DNA of 64,000 nt from the NCBI GenBank assembly GCA_949292205.1, contig CASEYR010000006.1, forward strand, positions 32,016 to 96,015, in the 5' to 3' direction. Under the pieces are notes generated by a model. The model was not told the DNA's origin. It saw only the letters and a program-made list of their open reading frames with translations, and ran no database searches. The position numbers were made by a program, and so were the translations under genes. The stretch's first letter is position 1. Every line of letters starts with the position of its first letter. This DNA comes from an uncultured Alphaproteobacteria bacterium (GTDB taxonomy: Bacteria > Pseudomonadota > Alphaproteobacteria > CAAHEQ01 > UBA3637). Below, piece after piece: positions 21,617-35,523 of the stretch.

Positions 21617-21915
21617 CGGATACGATGTCATCGTATCCTGAGTGCCGATAGGTGCAAAAGGGCCTTAACAAGCTCAAGTAGTAAAGGGGTGGGAGAGCCA
21701 CCCTACCGGAAAGAATGTCTGTCTTTTTTCGGACAGAGCGTGTATTCTTTCAAATCATTCCTTGACTTCGGTCGGGGAGCCTGTGGTGTATGTTCAGGGG
21801 CTTTGTTCCTTTGGGCATTGCCCTTGGGCATAGCTTCAAAGACTACAGGGGTCTTTTACTACTAGACTTGTTAACTCCCCGATCGCCTTTGTCAATCTCG
21901 GCAAGGGCTTTTTTG
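21617..21915 (+). ncRNA. candidate structured small RNA or long cis-regulatory leader of about 300 nt, family not identified
   Basis: No ORF; strong promoter and intrinsic terminator; multiple hairpins; long-range helix pairing 21665-21687 with 21852-21874. Confidence 0.4.
21885..21915 (+). terminator. rho-independent terminator
   Basis: GCCTTTGTC-aatctc-GGCAAGGGC (two G-U pairs) followed by TTTTTT; 20 nt before the SD of the OMP gene. Confidence 0.6.
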
Positions 21916-21939
21916 TAACGATAAAAAAAGGAGTTTAAT

Positions 21940-22518
21940 ATGTTTAATAAAACTAAAATCAGTATGCTTTCAGTTTTTGCATTGACGATGGCGGTGTCAT
22001 CTGCCGGATATGCTTATGACTTGAAGCCCTATGTCGGAGCCGGATATACTTATACCGATGTGGAGCTTAATCATCACTTTGACGCAGTCGCCGAAACCGA
22101 TTATCATTCGGCCTTTATCGCCGCCGGTGTTCAGCCTCATCAAAACTGGGGATTGGAAATGTTTTATCAAGCTTCAAAAGAAGAAAGCAAATCTATTGCC
22201 GGACTTGTGAAAAATAAAACGGATTTTCAAGCTATCGGTCTTGATGCTCTGGGATATTTGCCCGTTCATCAACGCGTGAATCTAATCGGCTCTGTCGGCT
22301 TGGGCCACTACCGCTTTCATACAGATGCCGATGGGCTTGTTTCACTCTCTGAAACAGAGAAAAATTTGGGCTGGCGATTCGGCGCCGGTGTCCAATATCA
22401 ACTAACCGATAATTTGGCTCTGCGTGGTATGGCTCGCTATGTTATGCTGGATACAGACTCCGGCGATGTCGTTGATCGTATGATGGATGTATCGGTGGGG
22501 GCTTACTGGCAGTTTTAA
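21940..22518 (+). CDS. outer-membrane beta-barrel protein (Omp25/Omp31/OmpW-like, OMP_b-brl family)
   Basis: AAGGAG SD; signal peptide ...SSAGYA; alternating-hydrophobic beta strands; C-terminal YWQF ending in an aromatic residue. Confidence 0.7.
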   Translation: MFNKTKISMLSVFALTMAVSSAGYAYDLKPYVGAGYTYTDVELNHHFDAVAETDYHSAFIAAGVQPHQNWGLEMFYQASKEESKSIAGLVKNKTDFQAIGLDALGYLPVHQRVNLIGSVGLGHYRFHTDADGLVSLSETEKNLGWRFGAGVQYQLTDNLALRGMARYVMLDTDSGDVVDRMMDVSVGAYWQF

Positions 22519-22679
22519 CTCCGGAATGGTTTAATTTACTCTGATAGGGAGGAATTGTATATTTAAAAACGACTTTATGGCTGTTCGTTTTTGGTGAATT
22601 ATTTTATCGAACAGCCTCCTTGCATTTCAAAAAAATCCGATGCCGGCGAACATCGGATTTTTCTTTTTTGTCCTTGTTA

Positions 22680-24497
22680 CTATGAACGACGTAACAGACG
22701 TTGTTCCAGCAATACCAGTTCGGCATCCATCTCAATCGGCAGACGATCATCCTGCCGGAATTTTTCAAAATGTTCTGATATTCTGGTTACGTCTTTCAGC
22801 GCTAAATCCGTATCAACCGACATTAAATCATCAAATTGCTTTTTAGATAAAGACAACCCTTTCCAATTTAAGTCTTCATAAGACGGAACAAAGCCTAAAA
22901 CGCTTTCGTTTGCCCGTATCCGACCGGCTGACCGTTTGACAATCCATTCTAAAACGCGCATGTTCTCGCCAAAACCAGGCCACATAAATGCTCCCTTCTT
23001 GTCCTTACGGAACCAGTTGACTCGGAATATCAGCGGTAAATGTGATACTGTCTTGGGCATATCCAACCAATGTGCCCAATAGTCTCCCATATTATATCCA
23101 CAGAATGGCAGCATGGCAAATGGATCTCGGCGAATCTCTCCGGCCGTTCCTTCGGCGGCTGCTGTTTTTTCCGACCCCATGGTGCTGGCTAAAAAGACGC
23201 CGTGTGTCCAATTAAACGATTGATATACAAGCGGTGTATTGGTTGCCAAGCGTCCCCCGAATACAAAAGCGTCTATCGGAACGCCTGCCGGATTTTCCCA
23301 ATCTTTATCAATAATCGGACATTGTTTCGCCGGTGCCGTAAAGCGGGAGTTCGGATGTGCTGCCGGTGTCGGGCTGGCCGGTGTCCAATCATTTCCTTGC
23401 CAATCTATCAGGTGGTTCGGTGCTTTGTCGGTTAAGCCCTCCCACCAGACGTCTCCGTCATCTGTCAACGCAACGTTTGTGAAAATCGTATTCTTGCGAC
23501 AAGATTCTATCGCATTCTTGTTCGTCTTTTCACTGGTGCCGGGGGCGACTCCGAAAAAGCCTGCCTCGGGGTTAATGGCATACAAACGTCCGTCTTTGCC
23601 GGGCTTAATCCATGCAATATCGTCTCCGACCGTGGATACTTTCCAATCAGACAGTACTTTCGGCGGAATCAACATCGCCATATTCGTTTTGCCGCAAGCG
23701 CTGGGAAATGCTGCTGCTATATAGGATTTTAACTTCTCTTTCTTATTCTCTAGTCCGACAATCAGCATATGCTCGGCCAACCAGCCTTCTTCCCGCGCCA
23801 TCGTGGAGGCAATTCGTAATGCCAGACACTTCTTTCCCAACAACGCATTTCCGCCATAACCTGACCCGAAAGAAATAATTTCTCGCGTTTCGGGAAAGTG
23901 CGTTATATATGTATTTTCGGGATTACATGGCCAAGAAACATCTTGCTCCCCTTTCTTCAGCGGAGCTCCGACCGAGTGGAGGCATCTGACAAAATCATTA
24001 TTCCCAAGGACTTTCCAAACCGCTTTGCCCATCCGCGTCATAATCCTCATGTTGGCGACAACATACGGTGAGTCCGTTATCTCAATCCCGATTTGCGCTA
24101 TCGGTGATCCCAGCGGTCCCATCGAAAACGGAATGACGTAAAGTGTTCGACCCTTCATACATCCCTTCATCAATCCCTTTAATTTTTTCTTCATCTCTTT
24201 CGGATCGGCCCAGTTGTTTGTCGGACCGGCATCAATTTCTTTTTGACAGCAAATGAATGTACGCGACTCTACACGTGCGACATCCTTAGGGTTAGAACGC
24301 GCTAAAAAAGATCCGGGGCGCTTTTTCGGATTGAGCGGAATAAATGTGCCCGCATCAACCAATTTTTGACAAATCGCTTTATTCTCTTTCTCGGAACCAT
24401 CGCACCAATAAATGGTATCCGGTTGCGTTAATTTGGCAACGGTGTTAACCCAGTCTATAACAAGCTTGTTCTTTGTCGGGATTGTTTGTTTGGTCAT
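22680..24497 (-). CDS. pckG: phosphoenolpyruvate carboxykinase (GTP-dependent)
   Basis: 605 aa; kinase-1a loop FPSACGKTN and overall similarity to GTP-type PEPCK; not the ATP-type PckA. Confidence 0.85.
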   Translation of the reverse strand: MTKQTIPTKNKLVIDWVNTVAKLTQPDTIYWCDGSEKENKAICQKLVDAGTFIPLNPKKRPGSFLARSNPKDVARVESRTFICCQKEIDAGPTNNWADPKEMKKKLKGLMKGCMKGRTLYVIPFSMGPLGSPIAQIGIEITDSPYVVANMRIMTRMGKAVWKVLGNNDFVRCLHSVGAPLKKGEQDVSWPCNPENTYITHFPETREIISFGSGYGGNALLGKKCLALRIASTMAREEGWLAEHMLIVGLENKKEKLKSYIAAAFPSACGKTNMAMLIPPKVLSDWKVSTVGDDIAWIKPGKDGRLYAINPEAGFFGVAPGTSEKTNKNAIESCRKNTIFTNVALTDDGDVWWEGLTDKAPNHLIDWQGNDWTPASPTPAAHPNSRFTAPAKQCPIIDKDWENPAGVPIDAFVFGGRLATNTPLVYQSFNWTHGVFLASTMGSEKTAAAEGTAGEIRRDPFAMLPFCGYNMGDYWAHWLDMPKTVSHLPLIFRVNWFRKDKKGAFMWPGFGENMRVLEWIVKRSAGRIRANESVLGFVPSYEDLNWKGLSLSKKQFDDLMSVDTDLALKDVTRISEHFEKFRQDDRLPIEMDAELVLLEQRLLRRS

Positions 24498-24584
24498 ATT
24501 TCCTCCTCAAAAAATAAATAACTTCTGTTTTTGTTGTAGCTATTTTTTGAGGAGGTGTCAAGACGTATTTTGACAGTAACCAGA

Positions 24585-25391
24585 TTACTCGCGTGCGTGC
24601 TCGGTTTTCGGAGACGGTTGAGCCATCATCTGGTTATCAATCTTTTTTGCTTGTCTGCCAATTGCTACGGCAATGATGGCTTGGATTTGGGGAGTAATTT
24701 GTGTCTTGTTTTGTTTCATGATATCGGGCAACGATGTGCCGTGCTTACTTGTTACATGAACCGACGCCCCTAAATCCAATAATTTTTGAAGAACTTTGGG
24801 TTTGTTCATCAGAGTGGCACAAAAAACAGGGGATTCTTCTACCTTTGGAATCCGTTGATTTAAATCAACCCCGTTTTGATGAAATAAATCAATCATTGCC
24901 GGCATATCTTGTATTAATGCTATTGACAGGGGGGATAGCCCTCTTTTATTTTGCGTCATTCGTGCGCCGTTTTTCAGTAAAAAGCGTGCAATCCTTGTGC
25001 GGCCGGCAGTGACAGCAAAGATTAATGGCGTGTTGCCATTCTCATCAGATACGTTAACATCAGCTTTCAGTTGTAGAACCAAATTCTTTACGGTGTCTAA
25101 TTGGCTTCCCTCGGATACGACGGAAAGAAGTGTTTGTGAGGCTTGTTTCCGAACGGAGCGTCCGATATGTTTCGGGTTAAACAGACCACAGGGATTAACT
25201 GTATCGGCACATAGATTGATGTTAAGGCGTGCCATATTAAGCGCTATTTCAAGTCGTTGAGTTTGACGAGCTTGAATCTGTTTTTGTTGTTCCGGTGTCA
25301 ATCTGGCCCAGATAGATTGGATACGTAGTTGCTTTTTGTCGGGGGCTTCTATTGTAGGTTCCGGTCGTTTTTTGCGAAAAAATAATCCCAT
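24585..25391 (-). CDS. ankyrin-repeat protein
   Basis: Several 33-aa ankyrin units, e.g. GNTPLIFAVTAGRTRIARFLLKNGARMTQ and GLSPLSIALIQDMPAMIDLFHQNGVDLN. Confidence 0.75.
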   Translation of the reverse strand: MGLFFRKKRPEPTIEAPDKKQLRIQSIWARLTPEQQKQIQARQTQRLEIALNMARLNINLCADTVNPCGLFNPKHIGRSVRKQASQTLLSVVSEGSQLDTVKNLVLQLKADVNVSDENGNTPLIFAVTAGRTRIARFLLKNGARMTQNKRGLSPLSIALIQDMPAMIDLFHQNGVDLNQRIPKVEESPVFCATLMNKPKVLQKLLDLGASVHVTSKHGTSLPDIMKQNKTQITPQIQAIIAVAIGRQAKKIDNQMMAQPSPKTEHARE

Positions 25392-25562
25392 TTAACTCTC
25401 CTAACTAAAATTGAACCAAATCTGAATTCTAATGATATCATTTGCCAGATGTGAAGTCAACTTGAAAATCCGAATATGAAAAAGGTCGTGTGTTCGTGTC
25501 ATTTTTTGTTGCAAATTAAAACTTTTATTGTTACCATATCAAAAAAAAGAAACGGGGAAAAT

Positions 25563-26315
25563 ATGAAGAAATTTTTATATCTGGTTATCTTGGGGGGTGG
25601 CTTTTGCTTGGGGGCTTGTTCGTCTCCTGATGTCGTTGGGGATTTGCCTCCCGAAGATCTGTATCGTAAAGGTTATGATGCTTTTCAGGAAAAGGATTAT
25701 GAAAAAGCGGCCGAGTACTTTGATGAGGTTGAAAAACAACATCCTTACTCGGTTTGGTCGGAGCGTGCTCAGATTATGGCGGCTTATGCTTTCTATCAAA
25801 AAAATGAATACGATGATGCTATCTTGGCTCTGGATCGGTTTATTCAACTGCATCCGGGTAATAGAAATACCCCTTATGCTTTCTATTTGAAAGGACTTTG
25901 CTTCTATGAGCAGATGTCCGATCCTGCCAGAGAACAGTCTTCAACAGAGCACGCAAAAGAAACTTTTGAAGAGTTAATTGCCAGATATCCCGAATCTGTT
26001 TATGCAAAAGATGCTAAAGCAAAAATGGCATCTATGGAAAATAGATTGGCGGCTCAAGAAATGGTTGTCGGACGATACTACTTAAAGCAACAGGATATTA
26101 TTCCCGCCATTAACCGCTTTAAAACGGTTGTGGAAACTTATCAAGGGACAAATCAGGTTCCGGAAGCTTATTATCGCTTGAGTGTCGGATATATGATGTT
26201 GGGTATGACGGAAACAGCCCAAAAGATGGTATCTATTTTGCAACAGAACTATCCGCAAAATAAGTGGACCGAGCGGGCTGAGCGTATGGTGAAAAAACAA
26301 GGAATATCATTTTAA
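25563..26315 (+). CDS. bamD: outer membrane protein assembly factor BamD (TPR lipoprotein, YfiO family)
   Basis: Start at MKKFLYL with lipobox FCLGAC; TPR repeats in the pattern YRKGYDAFQEKDYEKAAEYF. Confidence 0.7.
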   Translation: MKKFLYLVILGGGFCLGACSSPDVVGDLPPEDLYRKGYDAFQEKDYEKAAEYFDEVEKQHPYSVWSERAQIMAAYAFYQKNEYDDAILALDRFIQLHPGNRNTPYAFYLKGLCFYEQMSDPAREQSSTEHAKETFEELIARYPESVYAKDAKAKMASMENRLAAQEMVVGRYYLKQQDIIPAINRFKTVVETYQGTNQVPEAYYRLSVGYMMLGMTETAQKMVSILQQNYPQNKWTERAERMVKKQGISF

Positions 26316-30085
<3,770 letters not shown>

Positions 30086-30106
30086 AAAAGTTTAGGGGAG
30101 TGAGCC

Positions 30107-32770
30107 ATGGATGAAAAAAAACCACAGGAATTTCCGGCAAATCCGATGAATCAGGATTTATATAGTCAGATCGCTGCAGGCGATGAAATAAGAGTTGAAA
30201 AAAAACATAAAACATCTTTCATTATGTCTTTAATGATTGATTTTATGCGCTTGACTCTGTATCTTGACGAACAACGTCGGACACATCAAAAATTATTTCA
30301 TGCACTGGGGGTTTTTTGGGCCGGTGTGATGGTTATGCTGTATCTGTCTGGTATTATGATGTTTATTATTTTGGTGTATAGCTATATCCAATTCCCGACT
30401 TATGTTCGTCAGTATTTTGAGCGTAATGGTATTTTGTTTACCAAAATGGATATTCCGGGATATGTGGTGTCCCGTGTTGAGTTAAGAGATCTTCACGATA
30501 AAAACAATACATATAAAATTGATAGATTGGTGGTTCATTCAACGTTCTCTGACTTTTTGAACGGACGGGCTAAAAGTGTTTCTTTGAATGGTTTTCGATT
30601 GACTCTGGAAGAAGATACAAACAAAACGGAATCCGATAATTTGCTTGGATTGTTGTTGCATTTGAATGACATGCGTCAGTCTCAGGTCGCTATTCAGGTG
30701 GATTCATTGGAGGTGTCTGATGCGGTTTTAACGTTGAAAGGTCGGGATTATTCTCTGCCTATCTCTTTTTCTTTGACCGGTGTTTACGGAAAAGAAACAA
30801 ATATGAGTGCTTATGTGACGGTTGATGAGCCTTGGTTGGCTTTGAAGGGGCCGTTACTGATTCGTGGAAATGCTCGGGAAACAAATTGGGAGTTAGATAT
30901 TCAGTCCGGAATGATTACTTTCCCGAGTCGCCCTCCGGAAAAATTGTCGGGTAAGATTGCTGTGAATACACGTGATTTTAAGGTTCAATCCGTTTCTACA
31001 GATATCAAAATGCTCTTTAATCGATTTGAAAAAGCGGTGCAAATGAAGTTTGACCGAGATAACAAGAATAAGTTTAAGGCCTCTGTTGATTTAAAATGGC
31101 AGGATATTGCCGATGATGGTGTTGGGCGTAATGTGCGTTCAAATATTAATTTGGCTATGACCGGACTTGTTTTTGGAAAAGGAGGGGATGTTAAAACAAC
31201 AGAGCCGATTTCTGTCACGATGAAATCAAATTATTCAAAGGATTTGCAAGTGGAACGATTGACAGCTTCTTTGCGAGGGGAATTGTCTTGTCGTCTATAC
31301 GATTCTTGTAAATATCGTTTGAAAAATTCAGCTCAGTTGACGATGAATCGCTTGCGTGTCCCAGGACCGAGTGATATTTTGGAAAGTGATAGAACGGTTA
31401 CCATGATGTTGAATCCAACCGAAAAAACGTTTGAGTTGTTTTTTAAAAAGGGATTGTTGAGCTTTGATTTGTCTGGAACTCGCATCGGGTTTATCGGTAG
31501 AAAATTGACTTCTGAAGATGGAATATCTCTGCGTGCGGATAAAGCTAACATGAAGGGGACGTTGGATTTTCTGGGAAATAAAACTGAAGGGAGTTTGACT
31601 GCAACCGGTATTTCTTATGATACACCACATCAAGAAATAAAGCGTGCCTCTTTAACGGTTGCCAATATTTTTGATGATGAAAAAAATATAACTTTAAAGA
31701 GCCCTCAGGTAATATTGAAAAACAATTCGTATTTAAAGGCTCCGTTTGATTTGGATTATCAATCAGTTGATGGATCTGTGCGGGCGGTTTTGAAGTTTAA
31801 AAAAGAGGATCTACAAATTATTTTTGTCGGTGCATTCAGTCCAATGACCGGAAGCGTGAACGGGCAAATTATTATTCCGGCATTTGAATTGTCAAAATTG
31901 CCTAAGCCATTGTTGAGTTTTTCAGGTATTTTTCCCTTTGGCATGGATCAGGTTTCTGGAAAAATGGCTGTTTTTGGACGTATCAGCGGTACAACCAGAT
32001 CAGAGTTAAGCGGTCCGATGTATGTTGCTTTGAGAGATGTTGATTTTACTACGGAACAAGCACGTGTAAAAGGGTTGAATACCGTTTTGACTATTCAAAC
32101 ATTACGACCTTTTGTTACAGCGACAGCGCAACAGTTGTTTGCTAATGAAGTCAAAACCGTATTACCTTTCCAAAATGTGCGGATGTTCTTTAAAATTGAT
32201 AATCAATTTTTGCGATTGTCTTCTATGCTGGCTTCGGTAGCTGGTATCCCGCTTCGTTCTGATGTTGCCATCATTCCATATAAGGATATTAGTACCTTGA
32301 TTTATTTGAAAAGTCTAAGTCAAGATTTAACTCCTGCTGTTGGGCGTATTAAGGCAAATGGCTGGGAGATCGGCGGTAAGCCTCAAGGGACGATCTTATT
32401 GCCTCTGGAAATTAAAAATAAGCAAATGGCTGTTAAAAATGCAAGTGTTCGGATTGTCGGCGGTGAAGCTTTTTATAAGGGAGACGCAAAAAACAAGCCG
32501 GTCTTTTTAGAGGAGGGCAATCAGGTCAACCTGATCAATGGTGAAATTATGATTGATGAGCCTTTGGGGTTATCAAATGAAACATCGGTTCAATTTAATT
32601 TAACCGGGGCTATTCCTCCATCCGGAAAACGAATAACAATCCAAGAGTCTTTCAGAGGTTCTATTCGGAATTGGATACAGGATGCTCCGCTAAATGAGGA
32701 TGTCCCAAGTTCGATTAGAACCCAACAAAATGCTGTCTTTGATCAGGCCGAAAAGTTGCGTGTTAAATAA
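30107..32770 (+). CDS. large membrane-anchored hypothetical protein (AsmA-like/DUF3971-like architecture)
   Basis: 887 aa; N-terminal TM helices, then long beta-rich, Gly/Ser/Thr-rich periplasmic region; family assignment is tentative. Confidence 0.4.
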   Translation: MDEKKPQEFPANPMNQDLYSQIAAGDEIRVEKKHKTSFIMSLMIDFMRLTLYLDEQRRTHQKLFHALGVFWAGVMVMLYLSGIMMFIILVYSYIQFPTYVRQYFERNGILFTKMDIPGYVVSRVELRDLHDKNNTYKIDRLVVHSTFSDFLNGRAKSVSLNGFRLTLEEDTNKTESDNLLGLLLHLNDMRQSQVAIQVDSLEVSDAVLTLKGRDYSLPISFSLTGVYGKETNMSAYVTVDEPWLALKGPLLIRGNARETNWELDIQSGMITFPSRPPEKLSGKIAVNTRDFKVQSVSTDIKMLFNRFEKAVQMKFDRDNKNKFKASVDLKWQDIADDGVGRNVRSNINLAMTGLVFGKGGDVKTTEPISVTMKSNYSKDLQVERLTASLRGELSCRLYDSCKYRLKNSAQLTMNRLRVPGPSDILESDRTVTMMLNPTEKTFELFFKKGLLSFDLSGTRIGFIGRKLTSEDGISLRADKANMKGTLDFLGNKTEGSLTATGISYDTPHQEIKRASLTVANIFDDEKNITLKSPQVILKNNSYLKAPFDLDYQSVDGSVRAVLKFKKEDLQIIFVGAFSPMTGSVNGQIIIPAFELSKLPKPLLSFSGIFPFGMDQVSGKMAVFGRISGTTRSELSGPMYVALRDVDFTTEQARVKGLNTVLTIQTLRPFVTATAQQLFANEVKTVLPFQNVRMFFKIDNQFLRLSSMLASVAGIPLRSDVAIIPYKDISTLIYLKSLSQDLTPAVGRIKANGWEIGGKPQGTILLPLEIKNKQMAVKNASVRIVGGEAFYKGDAKNKPVFLEEGNQVNLINGEIMIDEPLGLSNETSVQFNLTGAIPPSGKRITIQESFRGSIRNWIQDAPLNEDVPSSIRTQQNAVFDQAEKLRVK

Positions 32771-32903
32771 GTTGTGTCCCACGATAAAAAGATCTTGCAA
32801 AATAAATAAAAATCGTGTATAACAACGTCCTGTTTATGTTGTCAGCATATCCTGAAACAGGTGTATGTCTGGCGGAAGTTTAATTTGTTATAGTGAGTTT
32901 AAA

Positions 32904-33089
32904 ATGGCAGTACCTAAGAAGAAAACATCTCAATCTAAGAAAAATATGCGTCGGTCTCATTTAGCTTTGGATACGAATGCATGTGTTGAATGTCCAAATT
33001 GTGGTGAACTTGTTCGCCCGCACCATGTTTGTGAGGCATGTGGGACATACAACAAAAAAGAGATTCTTGTTAAGAAAGAAGAAAAATAA
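32904..33089 (+). CDS. rpmF: 50S ribosomal protein L32
   Basis: [19 protein letters not shown] with C-x-x-C...C-x-x-C zinc ribbon; start chosen inside the longer ORF. Confidence 0.85.
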   Translation: MAVPKKKTSQSKKNMRRSHLALDTNACVECPNCGELVRPHHVCEACGTYNKKEILVKKEEK

Positions 33090-33107
33090 AACCGAAAGGG
33101 TGGACCT

Positions 33108-34163
33108 TTGAGCGATACTTTAATTATTTCAATAGATGCTATGGGTGGTGATAATGCTCCGGCTGCTATCATTGAGGGTGTGGCTCGTGTCGCAAAGGAT
33201 GACCCTTCCGTTTTCTTTTTTTTGTATGGTGATGAGGATCAGATTTTACCTTTGACCCAGCAATTCGGACTGAGAATGGATCGGTTCAAAATTCATCACA
33301 CAACACAAATCGTTCGTGCCGAAGATAAACCTTCGGCAGCTATTCGTAACGGTCGTGAAAGTAGTATGTGGAAGGCGATTATGTCCGTTCGTAACGGGTA
33401 TGCCAAGGCGGTTGTTTCTGCCGGTAATACGGGTGCTTTGATGGCTATGAGCAAGATTTGTTTGGGAACTTTGCCCGGTATTGATAGACCCGCTATCGCT
33501 GCTGTTATGCCGACAATGAAAGATGCCGTGGTCGCTTTGGATTTAGGGGCAAATGCAGAGTGTAATTCGCAAAATCTGGTTGAATTTGCCATTATGGGAC
33601 ATGTCCTATATCATGTCTTATTTAACAAAGAATTGCCCTCTATCGGTTTATTAAATATCGGGTCCGAGGAAACAAAAGGTCGCGAAGAGATTCGTGAAGC
33701 TGCCTCGGTTTTGAAAGGGTTTGGAAGTAAAATCAATTTCTACGGCTTTGTTGAGGGAAATGACATTTGTGCCGGTAAAACCCATGTTGTTGTGACGGAC
33801 GGCTTTTCCGGAAATGTTGCCTTGAAAACAATTGAGGGAACAGCTAAGTTTATTACAGCTAGCTTGAAAAATGTCGTAAACGGATCGATTTTATCGAAAA
33901 TCGGATTCTTGTTGGCTAGCGGTAGTTTGCGTCGTTTGAAAAAACAAATGGATCCGCGTCGTTATAACGGGGCTATGTTCGTGGGCTTGAACGGTATCTC
34001 CGTTAAAAGTCACGGCGGAGCGGATGCTTTTTCGTTTGCTTGCGCTGTTGAGTCGGCTATTCGAATGGCTCGGAATAACTTGTGCGATAAAATTAAAGAA
34101 GAATTGTTGAATGTAATGGATTCGGCTGAAGCAGATGAAAATTTGTTGAGCTCGTCCAAATAA
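33108..34163 (+). CDS. plsX: phosphate acyltransferase PlsX
   Basis: ISIDAMGGDNAP N-terminus and overall PlsX similarity. Confidence 0.85.
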   Translation: MSDTLIISIDAMGGDNAPAAIIEGVARVAKDDPSVFFFLYGDEDQILPLTQQFGLRMDRFKIHHTTQIVRAEDKPSAAIRNGRESSMWKAIMSVRNGYAKAVVSAGNTGALMAMSKICLGTLPGIDRPAIAAVMPTMKDAVVALDLGANAECNSQNLVEFAIMGHVLYHVLFNKELPSIGLLNIGSEETKGREEIREAASVLKGFGSKINFYGFVEGNDICAGKTHVVVTDGFSGNVALKTIEGTAKFITASLKNVVNGSILSKIGFLLASGSLRRLKKQMDPRRYNGAMFVGLNGISVKSHGGADAFSFACAVESAIRMARNNLCDKIKEELLNVMDSAEADENLLSSSK

Positions 34164-34180
34164 AAAAAAAGAGGGGTTTT

Positions 34181-35152
34181 ATGAAACGATCTGTTATCAA
34201 AGGCGTGGGTGGATATTTACCCGAAAAAAAATTAACAAATGCAGATTTGGAACAGATGGTTGATACCAGTGATGCTTGGATTCGTGAAAGAACAGGTATC
34301 CGCGAGCGACATATCGCTGCTGCGGATGAGTTGACTTCGGATCTGGCAATCCGTGCAGCTAAAGAGGCATTGAAAAATGCCGGATTGAGCGGAGATGATA
34401 TTGATGTTATTGTTCTGGCAACAACAACGCCGGATGATACCTTGCCGGCAACGGCCGTGAAGGTTCAACAGGCTATCGGTATGACGCACGGTTTTGCCTT
34501 TGATGTACAGGCGGTGTGTTCTGGTTTTATGTATGCTTTGTCTGTTGCGGATAATTATATTCGGACGGGTATGGCTACCAGAGCTTTAGTCATCGGTGCC
34601 GAAACATTGTCCCGTATCGTTGATTGGCAGGATCGTAATACATGTGTCTTGTTCGGAGACGGTGCCGGTGCTGTTGTTTTGGAGGCGCAAGATGGTGATA
34701 GTTCAAAAGCGGATCAAGGTGTTTTGAATATACTATTGCGTTCGGACGGAAGATATCGGGATTTGTTGGTAACGACGGGTGGTGTTTCCAGAAATCAAAA
34801 AGCCGGAACAATTTTGATGGAAGGGCGGGAGGTTTTTCGTCATGCCGTAACAAATTTAGCCGAAATTGCTCGTCAAGTAATGGGATCTATGGATGTTTGT
34901 GCCGATGAAATTTCTTATCTTGTTCCCCATCAGGCAAATGCACGTATAATTGACGGGACCGCAAAAAAGTTAAACTTTGATGCTGAGCATGTTATCCTAA
35001 CGCTGCCGTATCAAGGAAATACGTCTGCTGCCTCTATCCCTTTGGCTTTGTATGATGGTGTGACAAGCGGACGAATCAAAAGGGGGGACTTGTTGTTGTT
35101 GGAATCAATGGGTGGCGGCTTTACTTGGGCCGGTGCTTTAATTCGGTTTTAA
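34181..35152 (+). CDS. fabH: 3-oxoacyl-ACP synthase III
   Basis: 323 aa; active-site Cys in AFDVQAVCSGF, His and Asn regions; follows plsX. Confidence 0.88.
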   Translation: MKRSVIKGVGGYLPEKKLTNADLEQMVDTSDAWIRERTGIRERHIAAADELTSDLAIRAAKEALKNAGLSGDDIDVIVLATTTPDDTLPATAVKVQQAIGMTHGFAFDVQAVCSGFMYALSVADNYIRTGMATRALVIGAETLSRIVDWQDRNTCVLFGDGAGAVVLEAQDGDSSKADQGVLNILLRSDGRYRDLLVTTGGVSRNQKAGTILMEGREVFRHAVTNLAEIARQVMGSMDVCADEISYLVPHQANARIIDGTAKKLNFDAEHVILTLPYQGNTSAASIPLALYDGVTSGRIKRGDLLLLESMGGGFTWAGALIRF

Positions 35153-35231
35153 CTAAAAAAAAACTTGCACTTTTTAAAAAAATGTGTCACATATTAAACA
35201 GATAACTTTATTAAGAAAAAAGGATTGAAAA

Positions 35232-35522
35232 ATGACAAAAACTGTAACTCGTGCTGATATTGCCGATGCATTATATCGTGAACTGGGATTTTCTCATGCT
35301 GAATCGTTTAAGTTAATTGATCAGGTGTTGCAAAATATGATTGATGCTTTGGGGCGGGGTGAGGAAGTCAAATTATCAAAATTTGCTTCGTTTATTCCTC
35401 ATGCAAAGACAGAGCGAATGGGTCGGAATCCAAAAACCGGTGATAAACATGTGATCGCTCCGCGGACAGTTATCTCTTTTAAGGCTTCAAACTCTTTAAA
35501 GGCACTGTTACTGGGTAAGTAA
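35232..35522 (+). CDS. ihfA: integration host factor subunit alpha
   Basis: 96 aa HU/IHF fold; GRNPKTGD beta-arm motif. Confidence 0.8.
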   Translation: MTKTVTRADIADALYRELGFSHAESFKLIDQVLQNMIDALGRGEEVKLSKFASFIPHAKTERMGRNPKTGDKHVIAPRTVISFKASNSLKALLLGK

Positions 35523-35523
35523 A

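Noticed and set aside
21617-21915. Naming the structured RNA as tmRNA, RNase P RNA, SRP RNA or a specific riboswitch
   Set aside because: No tag-peptide reading frame (ANDN...), no RNase P P4 (AGGAAAGUCCGGGCUCC-like), no SRP domain IV, and no clean match to B12, TPP or glycine cores; left as unclassified.
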